Of a stretch of DNA of 64,000 nucleotides, positions 25,541-38,368 are shown piece after piece. How positions within the stretch are numbered: position 1 is the stretch's first letter; each line of letters begins with the position of its first letter. Origin of the DNA: Macrostomum lignano (Eukaryota); assembly GCA_002269645.1 (NCBI GenBank), contig NIVC01000227.1:496001-560000 (forward strand), read 5' to 3'. The translations under genes and the position numbers were made by a program. The notes under the pieces were generated by a model. It made no database searches. It saw only the letters and a program-made list of their open reading frames with translations, and was not told where the DNA came from.

Positions 25541-26716
25541 GTGAGTATCAGACAGTGTCAAATGGGTACAGTGAGTATCAGACAGTGTCAAATGGGTACA
25601 GTGAGTGTCAGACAGTGTCAGATGGGTACAGTTAGTGTCAGACAGTGTCAAATGGGTACAGTTAGTGTCAGACAGTGTCAAATGGGTACAGTTAGTATCA
25701 GACAGTGTCAAATGGGTACAGTGAGTGTCAGACAGTGTCAAATGGGTACAGTGAGTGTCAGACAGTGTCAAATGGGTACAGTTAGTATCAGACAGTGTCA
25801 AATGGGTACAGTTAGTATCAGACAGTGTCAAATGGGTACAGTGAGTGTCAGACAGTGTCAAATGGGTACAGTTAGTGTCAGACAGTGTCAAATGGGTACA
25901 GTTAGTGTCAGACAGTGTCAAATGGGTACAGTTAGTGTCAGACAGTGTCAAATGGGTACAGTTAGTGTCAGACAGTGTCAGATGGGTACAGTGAGTGTCA
26001 GACAGTGTCAAATGGGTACAGTTAGTGTCAGACAGTGTCAGATGGGTGCAGCGAGTGTCAGACAGTGTCAAATGGGTACAGTTAGTGTCAGACAGTGTCA
26101 AATGGGTACAGTTAGTATCAGACAGTGTCAAATGGGTACAGTTAGTGTCAGACAGTGTCAGATGGGTGCAGCGAGTGTCAGACAGTGTCAAATGGGTACT
26201 GTTAGTGTCAGACAGTGTCAGATGGGTGCAGCGAGTGTCAGACAGTGTCAAATGGGTACAGTTAGTGTCAGACAGTGTCAAATGGGTACAGTTAGTGTCA
26301 GACAGTGTCAGATGGGTGCAGCGAGTGTCAGACAGTGTCAAATGGGTACAGTTAGTGTCAGACAGTGTCAAATGGGTACAGTTAGTATCAGACAGTGTCA
26401 AATGGGTACAGTTAGTGTCAGACAGTGTCAGATGGGTGCAGCGAGTGTCAGACAGTGTCAAATGGGTACTGTTAGTGTCAGACAGTGTCAGATGGGTGCA
26501 GCGAGTGTCAGACAGTGTCAAATGGGTACAGTTAGTGTCAGACAGTGTCAAATGGGTACAGTTAGTGTCAGACAGTGTCAGATGGGTACAGTGAGTGTCA
26601 GACAGTGTCAAATGGGTACAGTTAGTGTCAGACAGTGTCAAATGGGTACAGTTAGTGTCAGACAGTGTCAAATGGGTACAGACAGTTAGTGTCAGACAGT
26701 GTCAAATGGGTACAGA
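25541..26716. repeat. 30 bp minisatellite (gtgtcagacagtgtcaaatgggtacagtta)
   Basis: About 39 copies with variant patterning. Confidence 0.96.
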
Positions 26717-27068
26717 TTCGGTCAGAGGATGCGAAATGGGCTCCGAGAGGGTCAGATAGATGAGGGTACAAAGTGGGTATCTAGAATTTCAGCAGGTGCA
26801 GTTTCACCAGGCAGGCATATGGCAAATTACAGTACTATAAAATAATAATAACACACACAATAATATTATCTAGGAAATGAACAACACTCCGAAAAGCGGA
26901 ACCCGTGCACCGGAGTTGAAAACCAGGTCAGCCTTGTCCTCAGCCTGGCATCAGATCTGGGATAAATTATGAAAATTATGAGTCGCAATTATTTTCTATC
27001 CAATTATTGATTCTCAAAAATTGCTCTCGGCCGGAAGCGAGCCTGTGGGTTCTTTTCTGCAATTTTTG

Positions 27069-27795
27069 CTATTTTAGAGATTTTACAGACTTGGGGTAGA
27101 ACTGGGGAGATTTGATAGACTTGGGGTAGAACTGGGGAGATTTGACAGACTTGGGGTAGAACTGGGGAGATTTGACAGACTTGGGGTAGAACTGGGGAGA
27201 TTTGACAGACTTGAGGTAGAACTGGGGAGATTTTACTGAATTGAGGTAGAACTGGGGAGATTTTTCAGACCTGGGGTAGAACTGGGGAGATTTGATAGAC
27301 TTGGGGTAGAACTGGGGAGATTTTTCAGACCTGGGGTAGAACTGGGGAGATTTGACAGACTTGGGGTAGAACTGGGGAGATTTGACAGACTTGAGGTAGA
27401 ACTGGGGAGATTTTACTGAATTGGGGTAGAACTGGGGAGATTTTTCAGACCTGGGGTAGAACTGGGGAGATTTGATAGACTTGGGGTAGAACTGGGGAGA
27501 TTTTTCAGACCTGGGGTAGAACTGGGGAGATTTGACAGACTTGGGGTAGAACTGGGGAGATTTTTCAGACCTGGGGTAGAACTGGGGAGATTTGATAGAC
27601 TTGGGGTAGAACTGGGGAGATTTGATAGACTTGGGGTAGAACTGGGGAGATTTTTCAGACCTGGGGTAGAACTGGGGAGATTTTTCAGACCTGGGGTAGA
27701 ACTGGGGAGATTTGATAGACTTGGGGTAGAATTGGGGAGATTTTACAGACTTGGGGTAGAACTGGGGAGATTTGACAGACTTGGGGTAGAACTTT
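27069..27795. repeat. 30 bp minisatellite (ttggggtagaactggggagatttgacagac)
   Basis: About 24 copies. Confidence 0.96.
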
Positions 27796-28298
27796 AAAGC
27801 AAACACATGCCATACTAAATACTAATAATTATTTGAGAACAGTGCAAGCGGGCCTGCTCAAAGGAAATCCTATAATTGGTTTATTCTGCATCGAAGAAAA
27901 AATGAAATTGTTTTTTATATAGATAAATGCCTGGCAAACGGCTCCGCGCTGCAGCTATAAAATCATTACGGTCGTGCGCATATAAGGCTATTAACTTCTT
28001 AGCCTATAGTTTCATATTGATATGCACACATGCATACAGCATCAGCACAACCAGCCCCAGTCACGAGCTGCTCAGTCATGCGATGCCGACGACTCCCTGT
28101 AAGATTGCAGAGGCGGAGCTGCCATGCTGCCTATAGGTAGGGCAAAGTGATGGGGAGAGCAGGGCGGAGGGAGGCTGTAGGGAAGGAAGCACCTCGGACT
28201 GGGAAGGGAAGGCCAGTGGGGAAGGGCGGCTCAGTATTGATAAATCAGATGGGGCAGTTCAGCAGCCCGGGGGTTCCGCAGTCCTGGGATTCTCACAG

Positions 28299-29231
28299 CA
28301 GCAGCGCCCTGGCATGAACGACCCCGAGTTCACCGAGGCCGTCTGGCACAGCGACATCTCCCAAGTCCGTCGCTACCTTCAGCTGCTCCGGCAGCCGGCC
28401 GAGGACAGCAACGCCGATGACAACGACGGGCTTCTCGGCCGCGACTCGGCCGGCGACTCGCCGCTGCACCTGTGCGTCAGGGCCAACGCCCAGCCTGAGC
28501 TGTTCGGCCTGCTGCTCAGAGCCGGCGGCTGCTGCCCCGCGACCCGGAACCAGGACGGCCACTTGGCCGAGGACCTGTTCCCGGACTCGAAGTTCGGGCC
28601 TCTCTATCACGAGGAGCTGGACAATTTTACCGCGGACCTGATTTCGGCCGGGAAGCTGGACCGCATCGAAGGCTGGATTCGCAAAGGCTGGACGGTGCCG
28701 GACCGGCGAGAGGAGGCCTACCGGGCCGCGGTCGCCGAGGGGGCTGTCACCGAGGCTGCGCTGACCACCGCCTTCGAGCGGCTGCAACGCCTACAGGACT
28801 CGGTGGACCGGCTGCACGAGCTGCCCTGGCCCGAGTGCGGCGCGGATTCGAACCCGGGCCTGCTGGCCAGCCTGGACCAGTGCGGCCTGACTCTGCTGCA
28901 CCGGGCGGCGCTCGAAGGCGACGCTGGCCGCGCTCGCCACCTGCTGGCCCTGCGGCCGCAGCTGCTGAGAGCGCCGGACTTTCTGGGCCGACCGGCCGCG
29001 TTCTACTGCGACTCGGCTGACAACGAGATGGCCGGCTTGCTGTTGCCAGGGGCAACCGAGGAGGGCGGTGGCGACGTTGACAACCCTCTGGGCTGCGCTG
29101 GCGCCACGCCCGACCAGCTGAGGTCGCGGCTGGCGGCGGGCTGCGCCAGGAGGCAGCGGCGCCTGACATCGTCTGCTGCCACCGGCTGCGATCTGGCCGC
29201 TGTCCGGGCTCTGGCCGAGCAGGCACTGTGA
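28299..29231 (+). CDS. Ankyrin-repeat protein exon
   Basis: Ankyrin-like motifs RDSAGDSPLHLCVR...LFGLLL and LDQCGLTLLHRAALEGD...HLLALRPQLLRAPDFLGR. High-GC exon with in-frame acceptor tctcacag| at 28298 (ATG at 28314). Both ends of the gene are uncertain. Confidence 0.75.
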   Translation, partial: QQRPGMNDPEFTEAVWHSDISQVRRYLQLLRQPAEDSNADDNDGLLGRDSAGDSPLHLCVRANAQPELFGLLLRAGGCCPATRNQDGHLAEDLFPDSKFGPLYHEELDNFTADLISAGKLDRIEGWIRKGWTVPDRREEAYRAAVAEGAVTEAALTTAFERLQRLQDSVDRLHELPWPECGADSNPGLLASLDQCGLTLLHRAALEGDAGRARHLLALRPQLLRAPDFLGRPAAFYCDSADNEMAGLLLPGATEEGGGDVDNPLGCAGATPDQLRSRLAAGCARRQRRLTSSAATGCDLAAVRALAEQAL

Positions 29232-29640
29232 ATGGGGAATGTGAATAGGGAAGAGTGAGCGGGTGTCTGTGAGTAGGAGGGATTCGTGAACTAACAAATA
29301 AGGGATTGTGAATGGGGATTCGTGAATCAATAAATAAGGGATTGTGAATGGGGATTCGTGAATCAATAAATAAGGGATTGTGAATGGGGATTCGTGAATC
29401 AATAAATAAGGGATTGTGAATGGGGATTCGTGAATCAATAAATAAGGGATTGTGAATGGGGATTTGTGAATCAATAAATAAGGGATTGTGAATGGCGACT
29501 CGTGAATCAATAAATAAGGGATTGTGAATGGGGACTCGTGAATCAATAAATAAGGGATTGTGAATGGAGATTCGTGAATCAATAAATAAGTGATTGTAAA
29601 TGGGGACTGGTGATTCACTAAATAAGGGATCGTGAATGGG
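29229..29640. repeat. 36 bp minisatellite (gtgaatggggattcgtgaatcaataaataagggatt)
   Basis: About 10 copies starting at the ankyrin ORF stop. Confidence 0.9.
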
Positions 29641-29915
29641 GAGATCCGCGAAGATGGCTATAACAACACTTACCAATGTCAAGTTAGTCGTTGTGCAGAA
29701 ATGGCCGCAAAACTGCAGCAGCAGCAGCAGACCCCATCGGCGCCCTCTGACTGTCATACTTTCAATTTGTCGATTTTTATCAATAAAACCCGCTTCGAGT
29801 TCACATTTCACAGCTAAACCTCGTTGCAGACACAATGCACTCGAGTCAGTTGTCAACTAAGCACCAACTCTTTGCACTTTTGTAGCTGTGCTGCTCACAG
29901 CTACAAACTTTTCTA

Positions 29916-30440
29916 GCACCCTGAAACCCCATCCATTATCCTTGAAACGCTCCCTGAAACCCCATCGATCATCCCTGAAACCCCCAACCGATCATCCCTG
30001 AAACCCCATCCATTATCCCTGAAACCCTCCCTGAAACCTTATCCATTATCCCTGAAACCCCATCCATCATCCCTGAAACCCTCCCTGAAACCCCATCCAT
30101 CATCCCTGAAACCCTCCCTGAAACCCCATCCATCATCACTGAAACCCCATCCATCATCCCTGAAACCCTCCCTGAAACCCCATCCATCATCCCTGAAACC
30201 CCATCCATCATCACTGAAACCCCATCCATTATCCTTGAAACGCTCCCTGAAACCCCATCCATTATCATTGAAACGCTCCCTGAAACCCCATCCATCATCC
30301 CTGAAACCCCCAACCGATCATCCCTGAAACCCCCAACCGATCATCCCTGAAACCCCCCAACCGATCATCCCTGAAACCCCATCCATCATACCTGAAACCT
30401 CATCTATCATCCCTGAAACCCCCAACCCATCATCCCTGAA
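29916..30440. repeat. 21/12 bp minisatellite (cctgaaaccccatccatcatc)
   Basis: Direct inspection. Confidence 0.92.
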
Positions 30441-30904
30441 AACTACCTGTCTTGGATTCGGTATTCTTGGCATAAACAGTAATAACCAAAACTCGACACA
30501 TTCATTTTAAAATACAAAGTTTCAGCAGTTTAATTTATTTATTTAAAATCTTTTAGCATTCGGTCACGTGCAGAACAGCTGATCAATTATTAAAATCAAT
30601 TATTTAATTCTCTCTAATGGAGTGGCTCGCGGGTTGTCAAATATTCGAGCAGCTCAAGCGACAGTTGCTTAATAGAAACGAAAGCGACTGCTCGATCGAT
30701 AAGTGCCTTGTCTGGGCAGGGACGGCGGTGGGAAATGGCTCCGAATTTGAAATGCGACATTTTTGCTAATTGCAGGGAAGTGTAAAGAGTGCTCTCGAGT
30801 GCCGCCTGTACTCGATACCGGTGTTCTAACCTTTAACAAGGGCGAGAGGGACGCAATGGGCAATGTATGGATTTAGTTAGGTGTAATGATTTAGTCATAT
30901 AGGC

Positions 30905-31566
<662 letters not shown>

Positions 31567-32404
31567 GCAGGAATCAAATCAGGCAGGCAGGCACCTGTGA
31601 GCAGGGGAGAATTGATTGAGCAGGCGGGCAGCCAAGGCCGAGAGCCACATGTCGCGAACTCAAGCGCTGCAGGCAACCCTCTCGATTTCGCACGCCCGCC
31701 TCAGCTCGCCTGCATTCCCGAAACCTTCTCAGCCTTTTTATTTCCCTTTTTCTTTCCCTCGCCACCCCCCCCCCCTGGTCCCTTTAGTCCTTCGGCAGCT
31801 CGAATTCCCCGAGGGAAAATGAGAGGCAGATTCTCTGCTGCTGTTTTGGAGACACGGTGCCCCTGAGGGGGGCTGCCCGCCCAGCTGCTGCAGAGATGAG
31901 GAAGCGATGGGTCAGCAGAACTGCCGGCCTACACGAGCCTCTCGAGAGTAATTGCGACACCTGCCTCAAAGAGACACCTAGGGGGTGGGGATCTCTCAAC
32001 CTTAATTAGAAATTGTCCACACGCGAAGCTGAGCTGGAGTTTGCGAAACAGGAAAAACAGGCTGCCATTGCTGCTGCTGGAGAGGAAAAAATTAAAGAGC
32101 TGACAGGACGGGAGATTTCAACACGCGAATCCCTGGGAGAGAAAGAGGGGAGCTTGGGGACCTTCGCACCCGGATTTGTCAATGAATGATGAATGAGGCA
32201 GACTGCGAACTGTCGCTCATCCACTGCTCGGGTTTACCTCTCCCCGGGTTTGACGAATGAGAGATGAATAAATTTATTTGATTTTCCTGCTTGGCAAGAC
32301 TGACAGAAGCAGATCGCTTTGATTTATTGTTAAATGCATGTGAGAGTAGCTGCATCGGGTCGCGGGCTTGCGAAAGATATATGGAGAGAAAAGAGAAGAG
32401 GGAA

Positions 32405-32574
<170 letters not shown>

Positions 32575-32839
32575 GCTCATTACTGCAAGCACTCTCTCAG
32601 TCATGTCACATTTTCACTTCAGGACTAATTTTCTTCAGTCGTCAGGATTTCAAATAGAAAGGGCGGAATATGATGAGCTAGATAATGCTCACGGGCATAA
32701 TTCCCTGTCACACATCTCTGCTCAGTGCTTTTATCCAGCTAGATTAGATTATGCGCATGATGGGTCCAGTGCCCAGAAGCGGTATCTAGAAGCGGCCTAG
32801 GAAAGCGAAATTCGCTTATATACCTTAGTAAGTACTAGC

Positions 32840-33900
32840 AATCTACGCCCCCGTTGGGGAGCCAAAGAAATGCAATACACGTTTTTTTAATAAGCTACAT
32901 GTATCCTTGAAATCTTAAAAAATCTCCTGTCAAACCTTGTAAGCCTTGACATGTCAGTTATCCCCCCACAAGCTTTAACATATCAACTTCCCCCTTGACA
33001 TCTCAGCAATGCCCCCAATAAGCCTTGGAAATCTAAAAATATCTGTCAACCTTCTAACCCTAACCCTAGCCTAACCCTAACCCTAACCCTAACCCTAACC
33101 CTAACCTAACCCTAAAGCATTGAAATTTCAGTAATTCTCTCTAAGAGTCATTATAGCACTACTACAGCATTATAGCGATTCCTTGCAAGCCTCAACATCG
33201 TAGGGATTCCCAAATGAATCTCTTAACTTCGACATGAAGCTTCTTTTATTTTTTACATTACGTTTTTTTATCAGCGATCCCTCCCCTGAGGAGGCATCAA
33301 ATAATGTAATAAAAAGTTTTCAATAAACTACATGTAGCTTCTGACTTTAGCTTTGAAATCTCATTTATACCCCCGTGAGCCTTGACATCTCAGCTATTCC
33401 CCCCGTAAGCCTTGACATGTCAGCAATGGCCCCCATAAACCTTGAAATCTAAAAAATCCCCTGTTAACCTTGAAACCCGATAAAATATAACCCTCAACCC
33501 ACACCTGACCTAAACCTTACTTTAACCCAACCTAAAGCCTTGAAATCTCAGCAATTCTTCTCCCCTAAGCCTTGACATTTTAGTGATTCTTTCTTTAAGA
33601 ATCACAGCACTATAACGATTTCCACCAAGCTTTGACATCGTAGCAATTCCCAAATGAATCTTTTAACTTCGACATGACTTTTCTTTTATGTATACATAGT
33701 GCTACTTTTATTTTTTACATGACTTTTCTTCTATCAGCGCCCCCCCCGTGACGAGCCAACAAAGAATGCAATAAAAAATGGAGTAAAGTACATGAACTTT
33801 GAAGTAGCTTCTGACTTTTGCTTTGACATCTCAGAAACCCCCCCCCGTAATCTCAGTTATTCTCTGAGAGCCTTTACGTCTCAGTTTTTCTCCCCAGCAC
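32840..33900. repeat. Degenerate tandem duplication, unit about 420-460 bp
   Basis: Shared blocks ccttgacat.tcagcaatg (32993 / 33410) and tcccaaatgaatc.ttaacttcgacatga (33208 / 33648). Confidence 0.75.
33054..33115 (-). repeat. Interstitial telomere-like (TTAGGG)n, about 10 units
   Basis: (CCCTAA)n on the + strand, with 6 uninterrupted units at 33071-33106. Confidence 0.85.
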
Positions 33901-34024
33901 AGCACTATAATTGCATTTAATTTTTACATGACACCTTCATGTCTGACATGACGTTTCTTTTATTCTACCGTGACGCTTCTTAATTTTTTAAATGACACTT
34001 TCATTAGTTTTAAATGAGGCTTCT

Positions 34025-34272
34025 ATGATTTTTTCTTGACGCTTCTATGATTTTTACATGACGCTTCTATGATTTTTATATGACGCTTCTACGATTTTTT
34101 ACATGACGCTTCTATGATTGTTTACATGACGCTTCTATGATTGTTTACATGACGCTTCTATGATTTTTTAAATGATGCTTCTATGATTTTGTAAATGACG
34201 CTTCTATGATTTTTTAAATGATGCTTCTATGATTTTGTAAATGACGCTTCTATGATTTTTACATGACGCTTC
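34025..34272. repeat. 23-24 bp AT-rich minisatellite (atgacgcttctatgattttttac)
   Basis: About 10 copies. Confidence 0.9.
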
Positions 34273-35384
34273 TTTTTAAAAAGTCTTTTAGTTTTCCTGA
34301 CGTTGAAAAGCTTTAATTAAAAAAATTATACTCTATGAAAATTCAAACCATCGTCACTGCATTTAGCAGTTCAGGTTGTTCACCTTTAGGCTAGCTCTCA
34401 TCGTTTTGATAACATCAACTTTTGCACTTATATAACTCAACACTTTTAAATCCAAGCATAGAGTAAATCACACGAAGCAGTTATGACATAATCAGTTTCT
34501 CAGTCAGTCAGTATCAGTTAACAATATGGTTACGCAATTTAAATCAAGTCTGGTGCTACGCTTCCACACTGCATTTTCAATTCAAGTCGGAGTTACAATT
34601 CAGTTATGATGCAATATATTTCAGAGTCAGAATTCAACCAGTCAGTTTTTTCTCTAGCATTCTTACAATGCATTTCAAGTCAAAAAGTTTGCTTGACCTT
34701 TGCAAAAAAGCATGTTTTTCGAATATTTAATGCCTTTAGCATCGAGCAATTTCTTAGCCACGATGCATGTACCGTCACGGGAAAATTTCTGATCGAACAG
34801 TGCAAGTTCGAACAAAATCGGTCCAGCCATTTTTTCTCTAATCTATCACATATATATAGACATCACATTTTTAGTATATAGGAAGGATAGGTAATGTTTT
34901 CTTCTCTCAAATACCCGTAGTATTAAGCAATCCCTTGCTAAAATGAACTTCGATCTGCCCAGATTTGGCTATTGCCAACTTCATTTTAATCTAATTTAGA
35001 TTTTCCTTTCGTCAATTCGTCTTTTTCTCAATGAATCTCCTTCAGCTAAAGGCTCGCAGCTTTCGGGCCCGAATGAGGATGCCTGAACCCTTCGCTTAGC
35101 AACTAAGGCTGGGCTAAGCGCCAAATTTAGAAATTAAAATTCTGTGTTTCAATTTATCGAATTGATTAAAACAGACGCTCGCCACAGATGGGGCTCGCTT
35201 TGAATTATCTGCTTTTTAGGCCTTTTTGTGAGATTGAGGAATAAAATTCCCAATTTTTGTTAAATAAGCCTTCGGTTTTCAAGTCAGCCTCTTTATTGCT
35301 AAACTGCACCAAAATTTTAACAACGTTCGCGAAAATTGAAGTTTAGCACAATTCACAATAAATTTAGTTCACATGCACTACCCC

Positions 35385-35640
35385 TCCTTCACGTCTCTCC
35401 ACTCCACCTCATCTGCACTTCAGTCTCTCTCCATCCCATCTCTCCCCTCCTCCACTCCATTTCTCCCTCCACTCCATCTCTCCACTCCTCCACTCCATCT
35501 CTCCCCTCCTCTACTCCATCTCTCACCTCCTCCACTCCATCTCTCCCCTCCTCTACTCCATCTCTCCCCTCCTCCACTCTATGTCTCACCTCCTCCACAC
35601 TATGTCTCACCTCCTCCACTCGATCTCTTCCTCACTCCCC
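35385..35640. repeat. 21 bp CT-rich minisatellite (tctcccctcctccactccatc)
   Basis: Degenerate array. Confidence 0.8.
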
Positions 35641-36321
35641 CTCATCAACGAGTACCTTCATCTTTCCGCTCAAACGCAGTTCTGAAATCGAAGTTTGAAC
35701 TAATCTGGATGCATAAAATATAACAATATTTTATTGTTCCCTTACAGCCTACTCTAAGTAGCAAAACAGACATAATAGTAGTAAGACTGCAGCTAATGTT
35801 GACTAATCTATACTTCTTCCCTACAACTCCTGTACCTTCAGCGTGGCAGCTCAATGTTTTTTGCCTGACATCTGGAGTCTCGCAGCTGCTCAGCTATCCT
35901 TCCAGGATGCCAGGAAATCGGCCAAGAAAACGTGACGTCTTTCCCCACCCCAAACTCGAAACAGAGATGGATGGCCGTGGCCACGAGAGCAGCTGAGCAC
36001 AAATCGGTATTAAGGCAGCGATAAGTATGTGTGCATTTGCGCGAGCCACGGCTGCAGCATGAGCTCACGAATGGCCAACAGGATTCGAGTTCTCCTGAGC
36101 TCTGTTAAGCTTGAGTTTGCTCTCATGTGTATACGAGGCTGCTTTTTAGGAGAGGAAGGGGAGAACGAACTGGGGACGCGGGTATTTGGGGAATAAAGAT
36201 GCAGCACCTGGACATGGGGACTAAATGCATTCTACACCCCCAGTCCGAGTCTAGATAAACCCAGCCATAATTAATCGATTCCCAAGGTTAATCGGAGATT
36301 AACGAACGTAGGGAACACCTG

Positions 36322-36579
36322 ATGGACTGGCTTCGGAGACTCCGGAATCGACTGGGCTCCGCTGGCAGGTCAGTAATTCAGCGAATCTTTGATACTGCTA
36401 GCATGGGGAGTCAGCAGCAACATGCTCAAAGTAATGATGAAGGAATAGAAGATTGCGAGAGCTCAGCAGAGACGGCCGATCTGAGGCCTACGGAGGCGAT
36501 GAGGCGCAGGTTGATGCTGAGAAGGCAAAGCGTCAGCGCGGAGAAGCCGGAGCCTGAGGACGGGCGAGAATGGCACGCG
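36322..36579 (+). CDS. PKA type-II-like regulatory subunit, exon 1 (inhibitory site)
   Basis: Encodes RRQSVSAE (cf. RII RRVSVCAE substrate/inhibitory site) at 36520-36543. Donor GCG|gtgaga at 36580, phase 0. Confidence 0.8.
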
Positions 36580-37142
36580 GTGAGATCAGATCGAGTTGTT
36601 TTCGAATAGCTCCGATTTTTAGCGGGTGAATCGTGTGCAGTCGAATTTCAGTGCAAACACAAGGTTTTTTTTAAACTGAGGATTTACTGTGGGAAAAACA
36701 TGCTAAACTTGAATGACATTGTTGAGTTACCAAGTTGGCAAAGTATCATTGTCATGAGCTTAGAAAGTATACAATGTTGTTGCCCAACTTCAATCGACTT
36801 GAAAAGTTTACAAAGTACATGCTCTGTCTCTACATCCAAGTACTTGGAAAGTGACTCGAGAGAACATTGCATACTAGCTTGAAAGTGCTTATCGAATGAA
36901 CTTGAGAAACTCGGAAACTTCATAGGCTTGGCAAGTTTGGGTTGTTGTTTTTTTCTCAGGCAACTTCTTCTCATCGAAGACTGAATAGAAAAAATCCATT
37001 TGTGCCAATTTCGTCAGCGTTACTGTTTGTTGAACTGGGTTTAAGCGCTTTTGCACAGCTGCGGTGTGATAGGATAGTCATTTAGATGGAGGGAGAATGA
37101 GCAAGAACTAAGACTGCAGAAATAATCCCCCCCTCCAAACAG

Positions 37143-37278
37143 CCTTTCTTTGCCAAATCAGCTGACGAACTGCGCCAACTGACGGAATCGCTGCGCAACA
37201 TCATATTCCTACGGGAGCTGGAGCCGTCCGATCTGCGTCGCATTGCAACAGCGATGCGCGAGCGAACTGTCCAACCCG
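37143..37278 (+). CDS. PKA regulatory subunit-like, exon 2 (N3A helices of CNB-A)
   Basis: Acceptor caaacag|; PFFAKSADELRQLTESLRNIIFLRELEPSDLRRIATAMRERTVQP aligns to RII [25 protein letters not shown]. Donor CCG|gtgaga, phase 1. Confidence 0.88.
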
Positions 37279-37637
37279 GTGAGAATACTGATTCCAAGGA
37301 AGATTCCCAAACTTGAGCAATCATGCTTTTCAAAGTTGCAACAAATAAACTTCATCCGTATCTTAACTTCTGTTCAACATTACATGAACACAAACAGGTC
37401 TTCTTTCGAAATAGGCCTTTGAAACCTCAAATTTTTTATTGGAAACATATTATTAAAGTATGAATTATTTCATTTATTGCAATCATTACCAAATATTTAT
37501 TGGAATCATCATTCATCGTTACGAGTTTCGTACGCACTTTGAAACTCTGCTTTTTGAATTGTACGAGCTGCAAGTTAAATCTAAAGACACCTTACAATTA
37601 CCCATTGAATAATTAACATGCTTCCTTCCAAACACAG

Positions 37638-38368
37638 CGGAAACGGTCATACGCGAAGGTGACAACGGCGACAATTTCTATGTGATCCGGCGTGGTCACT
37701 TCGTTGTGACGGCAAAACAAGCTGATGGCACCGCAGAGGTGATCCGCCAGTTGACCGATCAAACGCAGCATGTTGGAGAAGCCGCTCATGCTCGCAACTA
37801 CTTCGGCGAGCTCGCGTTGCTCTACAATCGGCCGAGATCGGCCAGCGTGCTCGAAGCAGGCGGCGACGGGCAGGGCGGCAGCCTGTGGGTGCTGGACGGC
37901 TCCGCGTTCCGTCGGCTGGTGATTCGGGCCGGGCGTCAGCGCCGACTCGAGCGTCTCCGGATGCTTCGTCGGGTCCCCGCTCTGCGGGATGGATTGTCGA
38001 CCGACGAGTTGGAGCGACTGGCTGACGCGCTGACCTTGCGAGAGTTCTCCCTCGGAGAGGTGGTCTGTTCTAGAGGCGACGAAGCCGATGGAATGTACTT
38101 TGTGCTTAGTGGAGGTGCCAGGGTAGTTGGCGATGGCGAAGTGAATTTGAGAACGCTCGGGCCTGGAGATTACTTCGGAGAGGCAGCATTGATTGACAGA
38201 AAGCCTCGCTCTGCCACGGTTGTTGCTGTGATCAGCAGCGATGGCGAAAGCAATGGCGAAGCCGAGGCTATGGCTACGATGGCTTTCCTAGATCGGTCAG
38301 CTTTTGAACGGCTGCTGGGTCCCTGCGTGGAGCTCATGCGCCGGGGAATGGAAAAGTACACAGACTGA
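37638..38368 (+). CDS. PKA regulatory subunit-like, exon 3 (two cyclic-nucleotide-binding domains)
   Basis: Acceptor aacacag| phase 1. VIREGDNGDNFYVI, phosphate-binding cassettes FGELALLYNRPRSAS and FGEAALIDRKPRSAT, RII-type end AFERLLGPCVELMRR. Full model about 374 aa. Confidence 0.93.

Noticed and set aside
31570-32180. Possible exons (plus: KLSTREAELEFAKQEKQAAIAAAGEEKIKEL; minus: VRDMWLSALAARLL)
   Set aside because: Short, on conflicting strands, interrupted by stops; no gene model could be supported.
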